IMG/VR virus record: IMGVR_UViG_3300038560_000015
Location: 1 to 60,397 of that record
Strand: one strand, 5' to 3'
From: a virus
Lineage: Duplodnaviria > Caudoviricetes
DNA length: 60,397 bases
Shown: one piece after another, positions 26,701-35,858 of the stretch
How positions within the stretch are numbered: position 1 is the first letter of the stretch
How the letters are laid out: each line of letters begins with the position of its first letter
Made by a program: the position numbers and the translations under genes
Notes under the pieces: generated by a model
What the model was told of the DNA's origin: nothing
What the model saw: the letters and a program-made list of their open reading frames with translations, nothing else
Database searches by the model: none

Positions 26701-28093
26701 CTAGCCGCAGCGTCGCGCTCTGCTGCGCCGCGGCGGCGAGACAGAAGAAATCGTATTGCTTGGCGGTGTCGGCGCGCCAGCGGCCGAAGGCCTGCAGCGC
26801 GGCCTCGTTCTTCGCCTCGATGGTGACCGGATTATAGGAGTTGTTGCGGTCAAGATAAGTCAGCTTGACCACGTTGAGCATCTGATCGCGGGGCTTGCGC
26901 ACCACGATCAAAGGCGAATTGTTGATGGCGACGCCCTGCCCAATCGTTCCCTGGTTGGGCAGGAAATTGTCGAGCGTCAGCGCATAGACCGGCGTGACGT
27001 TCGGCGTGTAGGAGGCGACCTCGGCATAGGTATAGGTGATCGAAACCTGATTGCCAGCATCAGCAGAATTGAACAGATAATATCCCGGCGCCGGGCTGAT
27101 ACCGGGACCGCCGCCGATATTGTACTGCCCTGGCCCCGGCAGCGCCGACCCGTAGACCTGGGTCAGGGGGTTGCCGCTCGTCGTGTAGACGACCTGCGTG
27201 TTGGCGACGAACTGTGCCGCAAACTCGACTTCTATCTGATCGTAGGAGCCGCTGCCGACGCCGACCAGATATTCTTCGGTCGACGGCGTGATCGTTCCCG
27301 CCGTGATTTGCTGATCGCCATAGGGAATGACCGACAGCAGCCCGGCCGACCACCGCGCGTTCGAGTTCGTCGCCTCGATCAGATCCTTAGCGAATGATGA
27401 TGCCGTGACTGCGGACGCCAGAACCGGCGACACCACCATGCCTGTCGCGAGGCAATACTGCTGGTACGCCGTCAGGCTTCCCATCCGATACGACGGAAAG
27501 CCGAGCCCGCGCAGCGGGTCGGTGAAGAACTTGGTCCAGCATACCGACGGATCGCCGTCAGGCTGGCCGGCGAGGACTCCGGAATTGGTCGAGAGGAATT
27601 CCAGGTTGATCTGCGGCAGGCCGGCCGACGAGCCGAGCGGATAATTGAAGAAATCGGCGTGCGCCAGTCCGCGGTAGTAATTGACGACGCCGATCGCTGA
27701 GCCATCCGGCCAGACGTCCTGCGCATAGGTGCCCAGGAACACATCCTGCGGGATTGGCTGTTCGCTTTGCAGATACTGCGTGCCGTTGACCCATGTCGCG
27801 ACCAGCTCGGATAGATCGGGGCCTTCACACGCCGCGAGCATGAACGAGGCATAATACTGATAGCCGTTGCCGGCCGAGCCGCCGGAGAACAAACCTTTGC
27901 CGCCCGACGATGAACTGGCATTGACGGCATAGAACGAGCCATACCAGATCAGGTTACCGGGTAGCCTCTGCTGTCCCCCCAACAGCCATGGGATCGGCAC
28001 GCCTTGCAGCGACGTGGTGACGCGCAGCGCCGCAGCCGGCTGCTGTGTCTGTTTGCCACGGCCGCCGAATAGCCCGGTTAAGTATGAGCCCAT
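23759..28093 (-). CDS. Central tail tip / host-specificity protein (J-like)
   Basis: 1444 aa after NlpC/P60; G.PIP...GNLIWYG; YLDRNNSYN; LTYLVRGAFGT. Confidence 0.85.
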   Translation of the reverse strand: MGSYLTGLFGGRGKQTQQPAAALRVTTSLQGVPIPWLLGGQQRLPGNLIWYGSFYAVNASSSSGGKGLFSGGSAGNGYQYYASFMLAACEGPDLSELVATWVNGTQYLQSEQPIPQDVFLGTYAQDVWPDGSAIGVVNYYRGLAHADFFNYPLGSSAGLPQINLEFLSTNSGVLAGQPDGDPSVCWTKFFTDPLRGLGFPSYRMGSLTAYQQYCLATGMVVSPVLASAVTASSFAKDLIEATNSNARWSAGLLSVIPYGDQQITAGTITPSTEEYLVGVGSGSYDQIEVEFAAQFVANTQVVYTTSGNPLTQVYGSALPGPGQYNIGGGPGISPAPGYYLFNSADAGNQVSITYTYAEVASYTPNVTPVYALTLDNFLPNQGTIGQGVAINNSPLIVVRKPRDQMLNVVKLTYLDRNNSYNPVTIEAKNEAALQAFGRWRADTAKQYDFFCLAAAAQQSATLRLAREQIARTFQWTSGKQFILLDVMDIVEVSDPGQGIVNQAVRITEIQENEDFSLMFTAEEFLGTATAPLYNIQANSGFVPNFNGSPGNANPPIIFEPTDELGGGLEVWAAVSGADTATWGGCNVWISTDGENYTKAGQILGAATMGVTTADFPAVSVNPTGQTIDQTNTLAVNLSESEGTLISGTLNDALSLAMACYVGGEIASYEDATLTSPYNYDLTYLVRGAFGTESEIVDHPVGTPFAWLASNIFKYAYNQNQIGSTIYIKFQGFNQYQGGVQELSECAAYPYTITGAALASPLPNVTNLRTVFNVNTGFEQLIWDDVSDFRSPSYEVRVGASWAAGATLSSDAVSPFTVPGNGTYWVSAFAQPTSGLSVYSEEPQSVTIAGAVITQNVIFTIDLAAEKWPGTFAGSIGVDTTLNALRTGGAGDILAASPFLEELATNAGTSAGGNVLSFASFPVPAFTSLGSAAAPNAGGTTTSVSLTTTATVPKGATICVGTIDANTNGQFWTTYGTVSDGTNGYTGIAHAQIGGSSNPLCTVWTATASEDLPAGSTITYESALPPQVNGDMTLVAFYVTGVSSGTVIDAAVTAINSANGASPTVTGGSPAATNELTVGLLMANMSVLTSGADNLVEPAGWSTGPVNYGTARGIFTGYKAASTAQTFAPTGGSGSANYSNFIISFLPGVAAGLAVNDTTNPSAIPSGTLVESSTATLTGATVTLSGNVASPGVSSGDEIVFSVADVLNYGGESTTGGTYFPSGATIDVGYVANVSISIKYQPTGVPVGQDILTIANILETPDILGSASAAFVTGYPLIETATGEGDLYTLGDLYQYTDLYDVTAANWGAYQKFAPGTYQAQFLNFAFFLETMDPNTEGYNLEFAITATIPPRIDQYPLTTSASAATTVTFGQAGVTSTAPLTGTSSPFNGGSAPGGFPAMSWGITNAQAGDDLIISALSNSAVTFAVWNSGAMVSRQLTLFAEGF

Positions 28094-28550
28094 TCGTGCG
28101 GCCTACCATCCATCGCGTGAAAAACCTCGGGGCCCGGATCGATTTGACCAGCGTGCCTTGGCGGCCATGCGTGCAAATAACGCAGCGCTTCGGTCCCGGC
28201 GCGTGGATCACAGCGTGCGGCCAGCCCGGCGAAACGATGATGGCGCCGTGACCGTAAGCCAGTCCCATCTTGTAGAGCACGACGTCGCCTGGCTTCGCCT
28301 CGCTCTCAGGAATCTCCCGCGTATATTCGAGGACGTTCTCGAGGAACACTTCCTTGGCGCTGTGCATCCAGAACTGCGGCGACACGAATGTGCGGCGGAT
28401 TTTGCCGAAGCCGGCTTCCTCGAACACGAGAGCCAGCAGCCGTCCGCAGTCGACACCGACGCCCTTGATCTCGGCGTGAACGTGATACGGCGTCCCAATC
28501 CAGCTCCGCGCGATTGCCTCGATCCGCGCCCGTTGCTCGGCCTCATTCAC
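27954..28550 (-). CDS. NlpC/P60 tail-associated peptidase (native stop probably near 28103)
   Basis: ARSWIGTPY...GVGVDCGRL...HGAI...IHA. Confidence 0.88.
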   Translation of the reverse strand: MNEAEQRARIEAIARSWIGTPYHVHAEIKGVGVDCGRLLALVFEEAGFGKIRRTFVSPQFWMHSAKEVFLENVLEYTREIPESEAKPGDVVLYKMGLAYGHGAIIVSPGWPHAVIHAPGPKRCVICTHGRQGTLVKSIRAPRFFTRWMVGRTNGLILNRAIRRPWQTDTAAGCGAARHHVAARRADPMAVGGTAEATR

Positions 28551-28551
28551 G

Positions 28552-29547
28552 TCAATTGCCCGATGCCATCGTTTCGGGAACTGGAATTAGCGGCTCGCCG
28601 CCAAACTGTGGGAAGTTGTTGAACGCCGTGCAGGTCGCTTCCGTCTTGTCACACCCGGGATAAGCAACAAACGTATCGCCCGGCGCCACCGAGAACGGCA
28701 TCGGCACGATCAGCGACAGCGTCGAGACGCCGTCCCACTGTTTGATGAAGCCCCAGAAGTTTTCGTTGAGCCCCGAGGTGAACTGCAGCTTGCCGAGCGA
28801 GAAGGTCCCCGACGAATTCGCCGGCGGCGTGATGCCGGGGATGACGATCGACGACTGCGTGGAGCCGGCCCCTGCCGTACAGCTTACCGCAAACGTCGCC
28901 GGATTCATGTTGCCGTTGGCGTTGCAGCCGACATCGAAGAGCTGATGGCGGCACATGCCCTGGAAGTAATGCCGCGGCATCGAGAACGAGGTCAGACTGC
29001 GATAGTCGTTGATCGTGACGACCGCGACCGCATCAGTCGTATCGACCTCGGCGACAAGTCCCGCGAAGATAGTGATCGTTCCGACCGGCACCGCACCGCC
29101 GGCCGGCATCGGCCAGGTCGGCACACTCGAGAAGTATGCCCGGTCAACCTGCACGTCGGCGGCGTCCCATGCTCCGGCCTGCAGCGCCTGCAGGAACGGC
29201 ACGCTGCCGATCATGTCTGGGAAGGTCGCTCCGGTCACGAGGTCGAATGGCCGCGGCATCATCACCACGGTCCATTGATCGGCGTCCAAGCCGACCTTCC
29301 AGTGCGCCTGCGTCTTCGACGATCTTTGATCGACGCGGACGCCGACCGGTGAGTAAACCCCCGAAGGCTGCGGCAAGCCGCCCGCATTAGTGCCGGAGCC
29401 GCAATTGATCGGGAAGTCCGCCGTCGTGTAGCGATAAACGTTGCCGGCGAAATCAGTGACCGTATAGAGATCCCAGTCGCACATCGCCGCGGTGCCGGCG
29501 ATCACCGTATTTATAAGACTGACCAATGCCGGGACCGCCGGCTTCAT
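28552..29547 (-). CDS. Baseplate hub protein (DUF2163/BR0599-like)
   Basis: CRHQLFDVGC; GDTF.AYPGCDKT.ATC..FNN...FGGEP.IP. Confidence 0.85.
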   Translation of the reverse strand: MKPAVPALVSLINTVIAGTAAMCDWDLYTVTDFAGNVYRYTTADFPINCGSGTNAGGLPQPSGVYSPVGVRVDQRSSKTQAHWKVGLDADQWTVVMMPRPFDLVTGATFPDMIGSVPFLQALQAGAWDAADVQVDRAYFSSVPTWPMPAGGAVPVGTITIFAGLVAEVDTTDAVAVVTINDYRSLTSFSMPRHYFQGMCRHQLFDVGCNANGNMNPATFAVSCTAGAGSTQSSIVIPGITPPANSSGTFSLGKLQFTSGLNENFWGFIKQWDGVSTLSLIVPMPFSVAPGDTFVAYPGCDKTEATCTAFNNFPQFGGEPLIPVPETMASGN

Positions 29548-30152
29548 GGCAGCTTTTCCGTCGAAAACTTGAGCGACTTCAGGTTGAAGAAGCCCGACAG
29601 ATTGTTTTCGAACTGCGTAACTTCGTCATCGAACCGGCACGGCCAATAATACGACCCGCTCCAGGTCAGCGCAGCGCCGTTCGCCGGCGCGCTGTTGAAG
29701 GTGACGTTGCCATAATTGTCGAGTGTATAGGCCGCGGTCGGCGTGCCGGCGACGGAGATCGTCGGCGTGCCGTTGAGCAAAAACACCGGTTCGGTAAAGC
29801 CACCGAAGGTCCGCACCAGCTGGAACGGCCCTGTCGTCGTTCCGTTGCCGGCACCGAAGTTCTGATTGGTGACCGTGTTGTCGTTGGGATCGGTGTAGCC
29901 CCACAACAATGCCGGTCCATAGACCGAATTGATGAAGCCGCGCAGCGTCTGCAGCTCGGCCAGGGCCGACGCCGTGCGCAGCACGTTGAAGGAAATCTCG
30001 TAGCCGTAGCTCGGATAACTGACGAGCGGATAGCGCACGCGCTTGAGCGACAGCGCATCATGTTTGACCGTCGGCCAGTTCGGCGAAGGCCCTTTGATCG
30101 GGAATGCGAGCCCGATCAGGCTCGGCAGCACCGCCCCGCTATATGTCCCCAT
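29544..30152 (-). CDS. Distal tail protein (DUF2460)
   Basis: FGAGNGTT..FQLVRTFGGF.EP; TF.SAPANGA.LTW; CRFDD. Confidence 0.85.
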   Translation of the reverse strand: MGTYSGAVLPSLIGLAFPIKGPSPNWPTVKHDALSLKRVRYPLVSYPSYGYEISFNVLRTASALAELQTLRGFINSVYGPALLWGYTDPNDNTVTNQNFGAGNGTTTGPFQLVRTFGGFTEPVFLLNGTPTISVAGTPTAAYTLDNYGNVTFNSAPANGAALTWSGSYYWPCRFDDEVTQFENNLSGFFNLKSLKFSTEKLP

Positions 30153-30158
30153 GTCCGG

Positions 30159-32126
30159 CTAGGCTGCGCTCGGATTGAGCGCCTGAAACCCGCTCAACGC
30201 GCGGGTGAACTGCGGCATCATCTGATTGATCCAGGCCTGCGTGCCGATGACGGGGCCGTTGAAATGGAATTGGATCGGATTGCCGCCGCCACCGCTTCCG
30301 CCCCCGCTATACGGAGTATTGACACTCGCCGGCACCACCGTCTCACCCTGGTGCACGATCGCCAACCCGCTCGACTGCACAAAGCCACCGACGTCGAGCG
30401 CCGACATGCCTAGCGCGGTTGCTTCCACCGTCGCGGCAATTCCCGCAGCCGCGGCTGGTGCCGCCGGGCCGAGCGTGAGCGCCATATTGGCGACTTCGCC
30501 GGCATAGACCACGCCAACATTGGCCTGGATCGATTTTGCGGCGTTGGCGAGCAAGGACGCCGGAGCGCCGACCGCCATCGCGAGCTGTGCCGCAATCCAT
30601 TCGACGACGATCTTCTCGATGCCTTCGATGAAGGCAATAACCAGATCGCCCATAATCTTCTTCATCGCCTGGCCCCAAGTCTCGGTGCCGGCGAGCAGCG
30701 CGCGAAGCTGCGAGTTAAAGCCGCTCTCGATCGGCTGCAGTACGGATTCCCAAGCCTTGGTATCGTCCTTGAGCTGTGCCTGCGTCGCCTGCTCGTGCTC
30801 TTTCAGATAAGCCTGATAGGCCGCCTGCTCGTTTTTGAGCACCGCGTTATATTGTGCCGAACCTTGCGCATAGAGCGTCTTTTCCCGCTCGAACAGCGCC
30901 TGCTCGATCGCCCAACGCTCGTCGAGCGCGGCGAGAAGCGCCGCAGTTTCCTGGTCGACTGTGATCTTGTGCGCGGCGACGTCGCCGGAATATTGCTGCT
31001 TCAACAGCGCGTAGGAATCCTGCGCCGTCTTGATCATCGACTGATATTGTTCGGCGACAGCCTTTTCGGCGCCGGCATTCGGCGCGGCGGACGATGGCGC
31101 AGCCGGCCTATTATCATTCGAACCGGACTGTGCCGCCAAGAGGTCTCCGTAGGCGACCTTGGCGTGCGCCACCATGGCGTCGAGTTCGGCGACATAGTTC
31201 TGGTCGGCATCCTCGATATGCGCCATGCCGGCCGCATAATCGTTGGCGAGCGTCGCCGGCGAGGCGACGAAGAAGTCCTTCATCAGGGTCGCGGCCAGCG
31301 ACACGTCGCGCCCCAGCCGCTCCCACGCTTCCGACGCTACCTTTGCGACGAAAGTGCCAAGCGTACCGGCGGATGCCAGCGCCGTCATATCGCTCGCCGC
31401 CGTGGTCAACCAATCGGCCGCGCTATCCAGGCTGGTCGAGAAATAGCCGACCAATGTCCCGCCAAGCGCCGTTAGGGATGCCCGCAGCGTAACGCCTTTT
31501 AGCTCGACGCCGTCCAGCGCCTTGACCATCTGTGTCGTCATGACGGTGCCGGCACTCACGGCAGCCTCAGTCAAAGCCTTGACGCCTTCGCTGCCTTTAT
31601 CGAGAACCGGCAGTAACGTCTGAGCGCCGTTCCTCACCAACTCGTTCGCCAGCGCCGCCTTCTGGCCGCCGTCGGCATACTTGGCGAACGCATCGGCGAG
31701 CTTGAGTATCTGCTGATCGATCGGCAGCGCGGCCAGTTCCTTGGCCGACAATCCCATCGCCTGAAGGGCGCGCGCCGTCGGGCCGAGTCCGCTCTGCGCA
31801 AGCTGCAGGTTCTGCTGCAGCCGCGCCAGCGTCTGCACGAGGGTATCGGAATCGACGCCGGAGGCCTTGGCCAGGTAGCCGTATTTCTGCACATCGACCG
31901 CGGAGAGCCCTAGCACCGTCGACGCCGTATCGACCTTTTCGCCGAGCTCGGCCATCGCACTGACGAAGCTCTCAATGCCGCTGATGCTAAAGCCTATGCC
32001 GAACGCCTCGGCGAGGCTTCGCGCCGCCTGGCCGATGCCGTCGATCGACGACTTGACCTGCTCAACGCCGGCGACCAGCGGGGCGATGTTGGCGCCGAAT
32101 GTGACCTGGACGTCGCTGCCAGCCAT
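30159..32126 (-). CDS. Tape measure protein
   Basis: 655-aa Ala-rich helical protein after the chaperones; AIVHQGETVVPA near the C-terminus. Confidence 0.88.
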   Translation of the reverse strand: MAGSDVQVTFGANIAPLVAGVEQVKSSIDGIGQAARSLAEAFGIGFSISGIESFVSAMAELGEKVDTASTVLGLSAVDVQKYGYLAKASGVDSDTLVQTLARLQQNLQLAQSGLGPTARALQAMGLSAKELAALPIDQQILKLADAFAKYADGGQKAALANELVRNGAQTLLPVLDKGSEGVKALTEAAVSAGTVMTTQMVKALDGVELKGVTLRASLTALGGTLVGYFSTSLDSAADWLTTAASDMTALASAGTLGTFVAKVASEAWERLGRDVSLAATLMKDFFVASPATLANDYAAGMAHIEDADQNYVAELDAMVAHAKVAYGDLLAAQSGSNDNRPAAPSSAAPNAGAEKAVAEQYQSMIKTAQDSYALLKQQYSGDVAAHKITVDQETAALLAALDERWAIEQALFEREKTLYAQGSAQYNAVLKNEQAAYQAYLKEHEQATQAQLKDDTKAWESVLQPIESGFNSQLRALLAGTETWGQAMKKIMGDLVIAFIEGIEKIVVEWIAAQLAMAVGAPASLLANAAKSIQANVGVVYAGEVANMALTLGPAAPAAAAGIAATVEATALGMSALDVGGFVQSSGLAIVHQGETVVPASVNTPYSGGGSGGGGNPIQFHFNGPVIGTQAWINQMMPQFTRALSGFQALNPSAA

Positions 32127-32132
32127 TTGCCG

Positions 32133-32393
32133 TCACCTGATCACGCCGGCAGGAAACATCGCCAGCAATTCGGTAAAGTTCTTGGTGGCCTTGGGCTTCG
32201 GCTTGAAGCCAAGATAGGCGCCGACCATCCGCCGCAGCGGCGGCACCTCGGCCAACGCTTCGAATAGATCGTCGAGGAAGTCGACGTCGAGATCGAGGAC
32301 CCGCTCCCGGTCCCAGCCCAGATCGATTACGAGGTCGGCGACGAGGCGGCGCCAGTCGGATTCGTCGAAAGGCTCGTCGCTTGTGGTTCCCCC
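32133..32393 (-). CDS. Tail assembly chaperone extension reached by -1 frameshift
   Basis: Slippery G GGG GAA at 32387-32393; -1 frame open (DWRRLVADL...VPPLRRMVGAYLG) to TGA at 32133. Confidence 0.7.
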   Translation of the reverse strand, partial: GGTTSDEPFDESDWRRLVADLVIDLGWDRERVLDLDVDFLDDLFEALAEVPPLRRMVGAYLGFKPKPKATKNFTELLAMFPAGVIR

Positions 32394-32755
32394 GCGGGGA
32401 TTCTCCGGCTGCGTCCCTGCGCCGCGATAATCGGAATGGCCGCCATCAGCTCGAGAAGATCGGTAGGGATATCGAGCACGTCCTCGCGCGTGATCTTCGG
32501 ATAGAGCGGCTTGAGCCCGAAATAGATCACGTCGACGAACGCCAGCGAGACATCCTCCGGAAACTCGACGGTCGCCCCGGCCTGGATCGCATCGATGCCC
32601 GGCAGTTTCTTGATGGCCTCGCCGATCTTCGGCAGCACCGCGGTGATGCCGATGCGGCTGCGCAACGGCAGCCGCGCCACGAAGTAAGGCTCCCCGTCGA
32701 GCGTGATGGTCGGCAGCCCCTCCGTCTCTGCGCCCTCTTTCAATTCAAGCGACAT
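32327..32755 (-). CDS. Tail assembly chaperone
   Basis: Between major tail protein and tape measure. Confidence 0.75.
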   Translation of the reverse strand: MSLELKEGAETEGLPTITLDGEPYFVARLPLRSRIGITAVLPKIGEAIKKLPGIDAIQAGATVEFPEDVSLAFVDVIYFGLKPLYPKITREDVLDIPTDLLELMAAIPIIAAQGRSRRIPAGEPQATSLSTNPTGAASSPTS

Positions 32756-32758
32756 GAA

Positions 32759-33538
32759 CTACTCCGTGGTCGAGAGATATCCGATGTTGTTCGACGAGTC
32801 CGCGATCGCCTGCCAGTCAAGCTCCGAGATATTGAACTTGCCCATCGCGAACGGCAGCGACAGCTTCGGCGAGAAGCAGGCGTTGAGTTTCACATTGAGG
32901 ATCTTCGCCACGCCGAAATAGGTGAAACTTTCCTGGAAATTCAGTTCGAACATCGGCAGCGGTCCCATCAGCGCATTGGCGAGCGCAGTCTGGTTGCCCG
33001 ATCCCGACGTCGTGTAGCGGTAGTACACCGTATAGGCGACGTTCTCATCGCCAGAGGCAAAGCCATAGGCGCCGGTCGCGGCAACACCAGGAACGTAGGA
33101 CACGCCGGCCACCGGGCCGGAGGCAACCGGCGTCAACTGCACGCCGGCGGCGGTGAATACGCCCAAGTCCTCGACGAAGGTCGAGCCGTTCGTCACCGTA
33201 AAGCCGATGCCGCTGGCCGGACCGCCCGACGAAGTGACCGTATCGGTCTCGCCTGTCGCAGTGATCAGATTGAGCGCCGTCGTCTGCGTCGCGTTCGGGC
33301 CGAGGAACAGATTGTTGAGCTGCGTCGCCTGCAAGCGGGCGAACTTGGCCTTGCCGCTGATCTTGAACTCGCCGGCGCCGACCGCGACCGCCATGTTGTA
33401 CTGACCGAGCAGCGTCTCGATCTTGCGGTCGAATTCGATCGAGTTGTCCTGCAGCGTGCCCATCAAGGCCGGCTGCGTGTTGGCGACGTCGGTGCGCTTG
33501 AGGATGAGCGTACCCGTCGAGAACGAATATTGCGTCAT
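32759..33538 (-). CDS. Major tail (tube) protein
   Basis: Position; GTLQDNSIEF...KISGKAKFA. Confidence 0.8.
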   Translation of the reverse strand: MTQYSFSTGTLILKRTDVANTQPALMGTLQDNSIEFDRKIETLLGQYNMAVAVGAGEFKISGKAKFARLQATQLNNLFLGPNATQTTALNLITATGETDTVTSSGGPASGIGFTVTNGSTFVEDLGVFTAAGVQLTPVASGPVAGVSYVPGVAATGAYGFASGDENVAYTVYYRYTTSGSGNQTALANALMGPLPMFELNFQESFTYFGVAKILNVKLNACFSPKLSLPFAMGKFNISELDWQAIADSSNNIGYLSTTE

Positions 33539-33582
33539 GGCCGAGGCTCCTTTGGCGTTTTACGGGTACGAGTTGAGGATGA

Positions 33583-34035
33583 TCAGTACCAAGGGGCGAG
33601 AATCTGGAACTTGACCGTCGCCACGCCCTTGCCGTCGATATCGCCGGCATCGACGAAGACGTCGCCGAGCGCGTAGCAGTGCGAAACCAACCCGCCGAGC
33701 GTCTGCTTGCCCCATACCAGCGCGTCGCTGCCGGTCGGCGTCACCGCCGCATCGATGGCGTCGAGCAGCGTGTTCATCGCGGTTTCCGGCACGTCTTCCG
33801 GATCCTGCCCGGCCGAGGTGTAGACGAACACATGATAGGTCAGCGCGATGATCGGCAGGCCCTCGTCCTGCCGGCTGCGTTCCTCGCCGGTCTTCAGCAT
33901 GGTCAGAAACGGCATCTGCGTTTCGTTGACGCTATCCCAATGGATGAAGCGCCGGCTCGATGCCTTGAATCCGGAGGCCTGTGCGATCAGCGCGAAGAAC
34001 GCATCGGCAATCTGTTCGCGTGTGGTTGCGCTCAT
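33583..34035 (-). CDS. Tail terminator / completion protein
   Basis: TREQI...QTLGGLVSHC; precedes the tail tube gene. Confidence 0.7.
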   Translation of the reverse strand: MSATTREQIADAFFALIAQASGFKASSRRFIHWDSVNETQMPFLTMLKTGEERSRQDEGLPIIALTYHVFVYTSAGQDPEDVPETAMNTLLDAIDAAVTPTGSDALVWGKQTLGGLVSHCYALGDVFVDAGDIDGKGVATVKFQILAPWY

Positions 34036-34514
34036 CGCTTCGCCACCGCACCATCGACCGCATCTTCAAGGGCGCCGGCGATCTGGGCTTCCATCGGATC
34101 GAACGCGCCGTGAATGATGTTGCGCGCGGCGTAAGTGCCACCAGGGTGATGAACGCCAGCGAAAAACGACGTCTTGCCGCCGATCGTGAACATCAGCGCC
34201 TGCGCCTTGTTGGGCAGGATGTCATGGGCGCCGGTCTTGCCGCCCCATTCAAACAATGCCGCCGTCGGATCGGATGAATAGACGCGCCCGGCGATGGTGT
34301 TCTTGCGCCGCTTGAGCCCGAAGCGGATGCGGCTGACGAACTTTCCGGTCTTGACCTGTAAGAGTGTCTCGGCGCGCGAACGCGCCAAGTCGACCAGCGT
34401 GCCGCCGAGATCGATGACCGTATCGAGCAGCGCCGCCCGCACGTCCTCGGGCATCTGCTCGAGCTTGAGGTTGACGCGCGAGGCATCGACCTGGACGACG
34501 GCATCGTCACTCAT
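34032..34514 (-). CDS. Neck/tail completion protein (HK97 gp10-like)
   Basis: FEWGGKT.AH.I.P.KAQAL.F...VHHPG. Confidence 0.7.
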   Translation of the reverse strand: MSDDAVVQVDASRVNLKLEQMPEDVRAALLDTVIDLGGTLVDLARSRAETLLQVKTGKFVSRIRFGLKRRKNTIAGRVYSSDPTAALFEWGGKTGAHDILPNKAQALMFTIGGKTSFFAGVHHPGGTYAARNIIHGAFDPMEAQIAGALEDAVDGAVAKR

Positions 34515-35383
34515 GCCGTAGCAACGGCCTTATAGGGATCGAGCGAGGCCTTGATGAAATCCGGCACACCCTTGAGCGAATAGGCCGAGGTCATCTGCCC
34601 GGTGACGGTCTGCGACGATTGCCCGACGCGGCTGCGGTAGCGGTAGCGCTCCGCAACCCACTCGATGCAGGCATTGTTGATCGACGCTGGAATAAAGCCG
34701 TAGGAGATCAGCACCGCCGCGCCGGCATCAGCCGCCGCGAAGGTATAGGCAATACTATAGGCCGGCGGCGAGGTATCCGGCGTGTTGGTGATGACGACCT
34801 GATACTGCCCTTGCGTGGGCGCAGAGGTGACAGGCGTGAGCGCCGTGCCGTTGGCGTAGGTCACGCCCTGGTCGCTGCCCCACGGACCATAAGGCGCTGC
34901 CGGCGTGCAGGTATAAGGCCCCGGATTAGCCGGAACGGTCGCTGGCTCGCCGACAACCTGGTACCCCGCCGCGTAGGACACCAGCACGTTCTGCCGGCCG
35001 GGATGAAAATGATGACCGCGCAGATCGAGCGCCTGCGGCCAGCCCGGAGGCGTGCCGTCCCATGGGTCGAGCAGATAACCGGCCTGCCATGAAACGCCGA
35101 CGCCTGGCGTCGGCGCAGCAGTGATCGCAGTCTGTCCGATGACCAGCGAGGAGATCGCGGTCACCGGGTAGTTGCGCAGATAGAGCCGCTCCTTGCCGTT
35201 GCCGTCATAGCGCTCGTTGACCACACGCGGCAGCAGCGTCGAGCGGCACAAATAGGCGTAAATCGCGCCGGAGACGTCCGTGATCAGCCGCGCCAACAGC
35301 GCATCATCGGACGAACCAAGCCCGCTCGATCCGGCGAGCCACGTCTTGACATCCGACAGAATGGCAAGGTCCGACGCGGCCAT
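34511..35383 (-). CDS. Head-tail adaptor with inserted domain
   Basis: DLA.LSDVK.WL...DDALLARLI; SYAAGY; ACIEWVAERYR; LDPYK. Confidence 0.8.
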   Translation of the reverse strand: MAASDLAILSDVKTWLAGSSGLGSSDDALLARLITDVSGAIYAYLCRSTLLPRVVNERYDGNGKERLYLRNYPVTAISSLVIGQTAITAAPTPGVGVSWQAGYLLDPWDGTPPGWPQALDLRGHHFHPGRQNVLVSYAAGYQVVGEPATVPANPGPYTCTPAAPYGPWGSDQGVTYANGTALTPVTSAPTQGQYQVVITNTPDTSPPAYSIAYTFAAADAGAAVLISYGFIPASINNACIEWVAERYRYRSRVGQSSQTVTGQMTSAYSLKGVPDFIKASLDPYKAVATA

Positions 35384-35386
35384 CGC

Positions 35387-35773
35387 TTAGGCAGTCTTGC
35401 CGTCTTTGCCGTCGCCCTTGGCCAGCTCGGCGCGCACCGCGTCTTCGGCCGCTTTGATCTTGGCCGACACGCCGGCGACGTGTTCCTTCACGGAATCGAC
35501 CAGGACGTCGGCGATGCGCGCATCGGCATAGTCAGCCGGCACGGCGACGCCCAGATGCTTGAGCGCGCCAAGCACGCCGTCGCGCAGCGCGGCGCTGTTG
35601 ACGCCGGTCGGTGCCGCCACCTTCGGCGGCGCATCGACGTCGATATAGCCGAAGGCTTCGACCAGGTGCCTGCCGTCGGCCGTATCGACGTCATAGACGC
35701 CCTTGCTGTTCGGCTTGATCTCAATGCCGCGAATGACGGGATTGCCGCGGCCTTCCGGAGCTTTCAATCGCAT
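35387..35773 (-). CDS. Hypothetical head-module protein
   Basis: Follows the capsid gene; MRLKAPEG domain. Confidence 0.7.
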   Translation of the reverse strand: MRLKAPEGRGNPVIRGIEIKPNSKGVYDVDTADGRHLVEAFGYIDVDAPPKVAAPTGVNSAALRDGVLGALKHLGVAVPADYADARIADVLVDSVKEHVAGVSAKIKAAEDAVRAELAKGDGKDGKTA

Positions 35774-35805
35774 AGGTCACCCATTGTTTGGAACGGATTT
35801 GACGA

Positions 35806-35833
35806 CGAGGCTGCGCAAATTTGCGCAGCCTCG
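35806..35833. repeat. Dispersed palindrome, 28-bp perfect intergenic copy
   Basis: CGAGGCTGCGCAAATTTGCGCAGCCTCG just 3' of the capsid gene. Confidence 0.9.
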
Positions 35834-35858
35834 CTGAAGACATTCCAGCAGCAGTCTG

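Noticed and set aside
35806-35833. Palindrome after the capsid gene as a simple terminator
   Set aside because: No loop or U-tract, and the same core recurs inside coding regions
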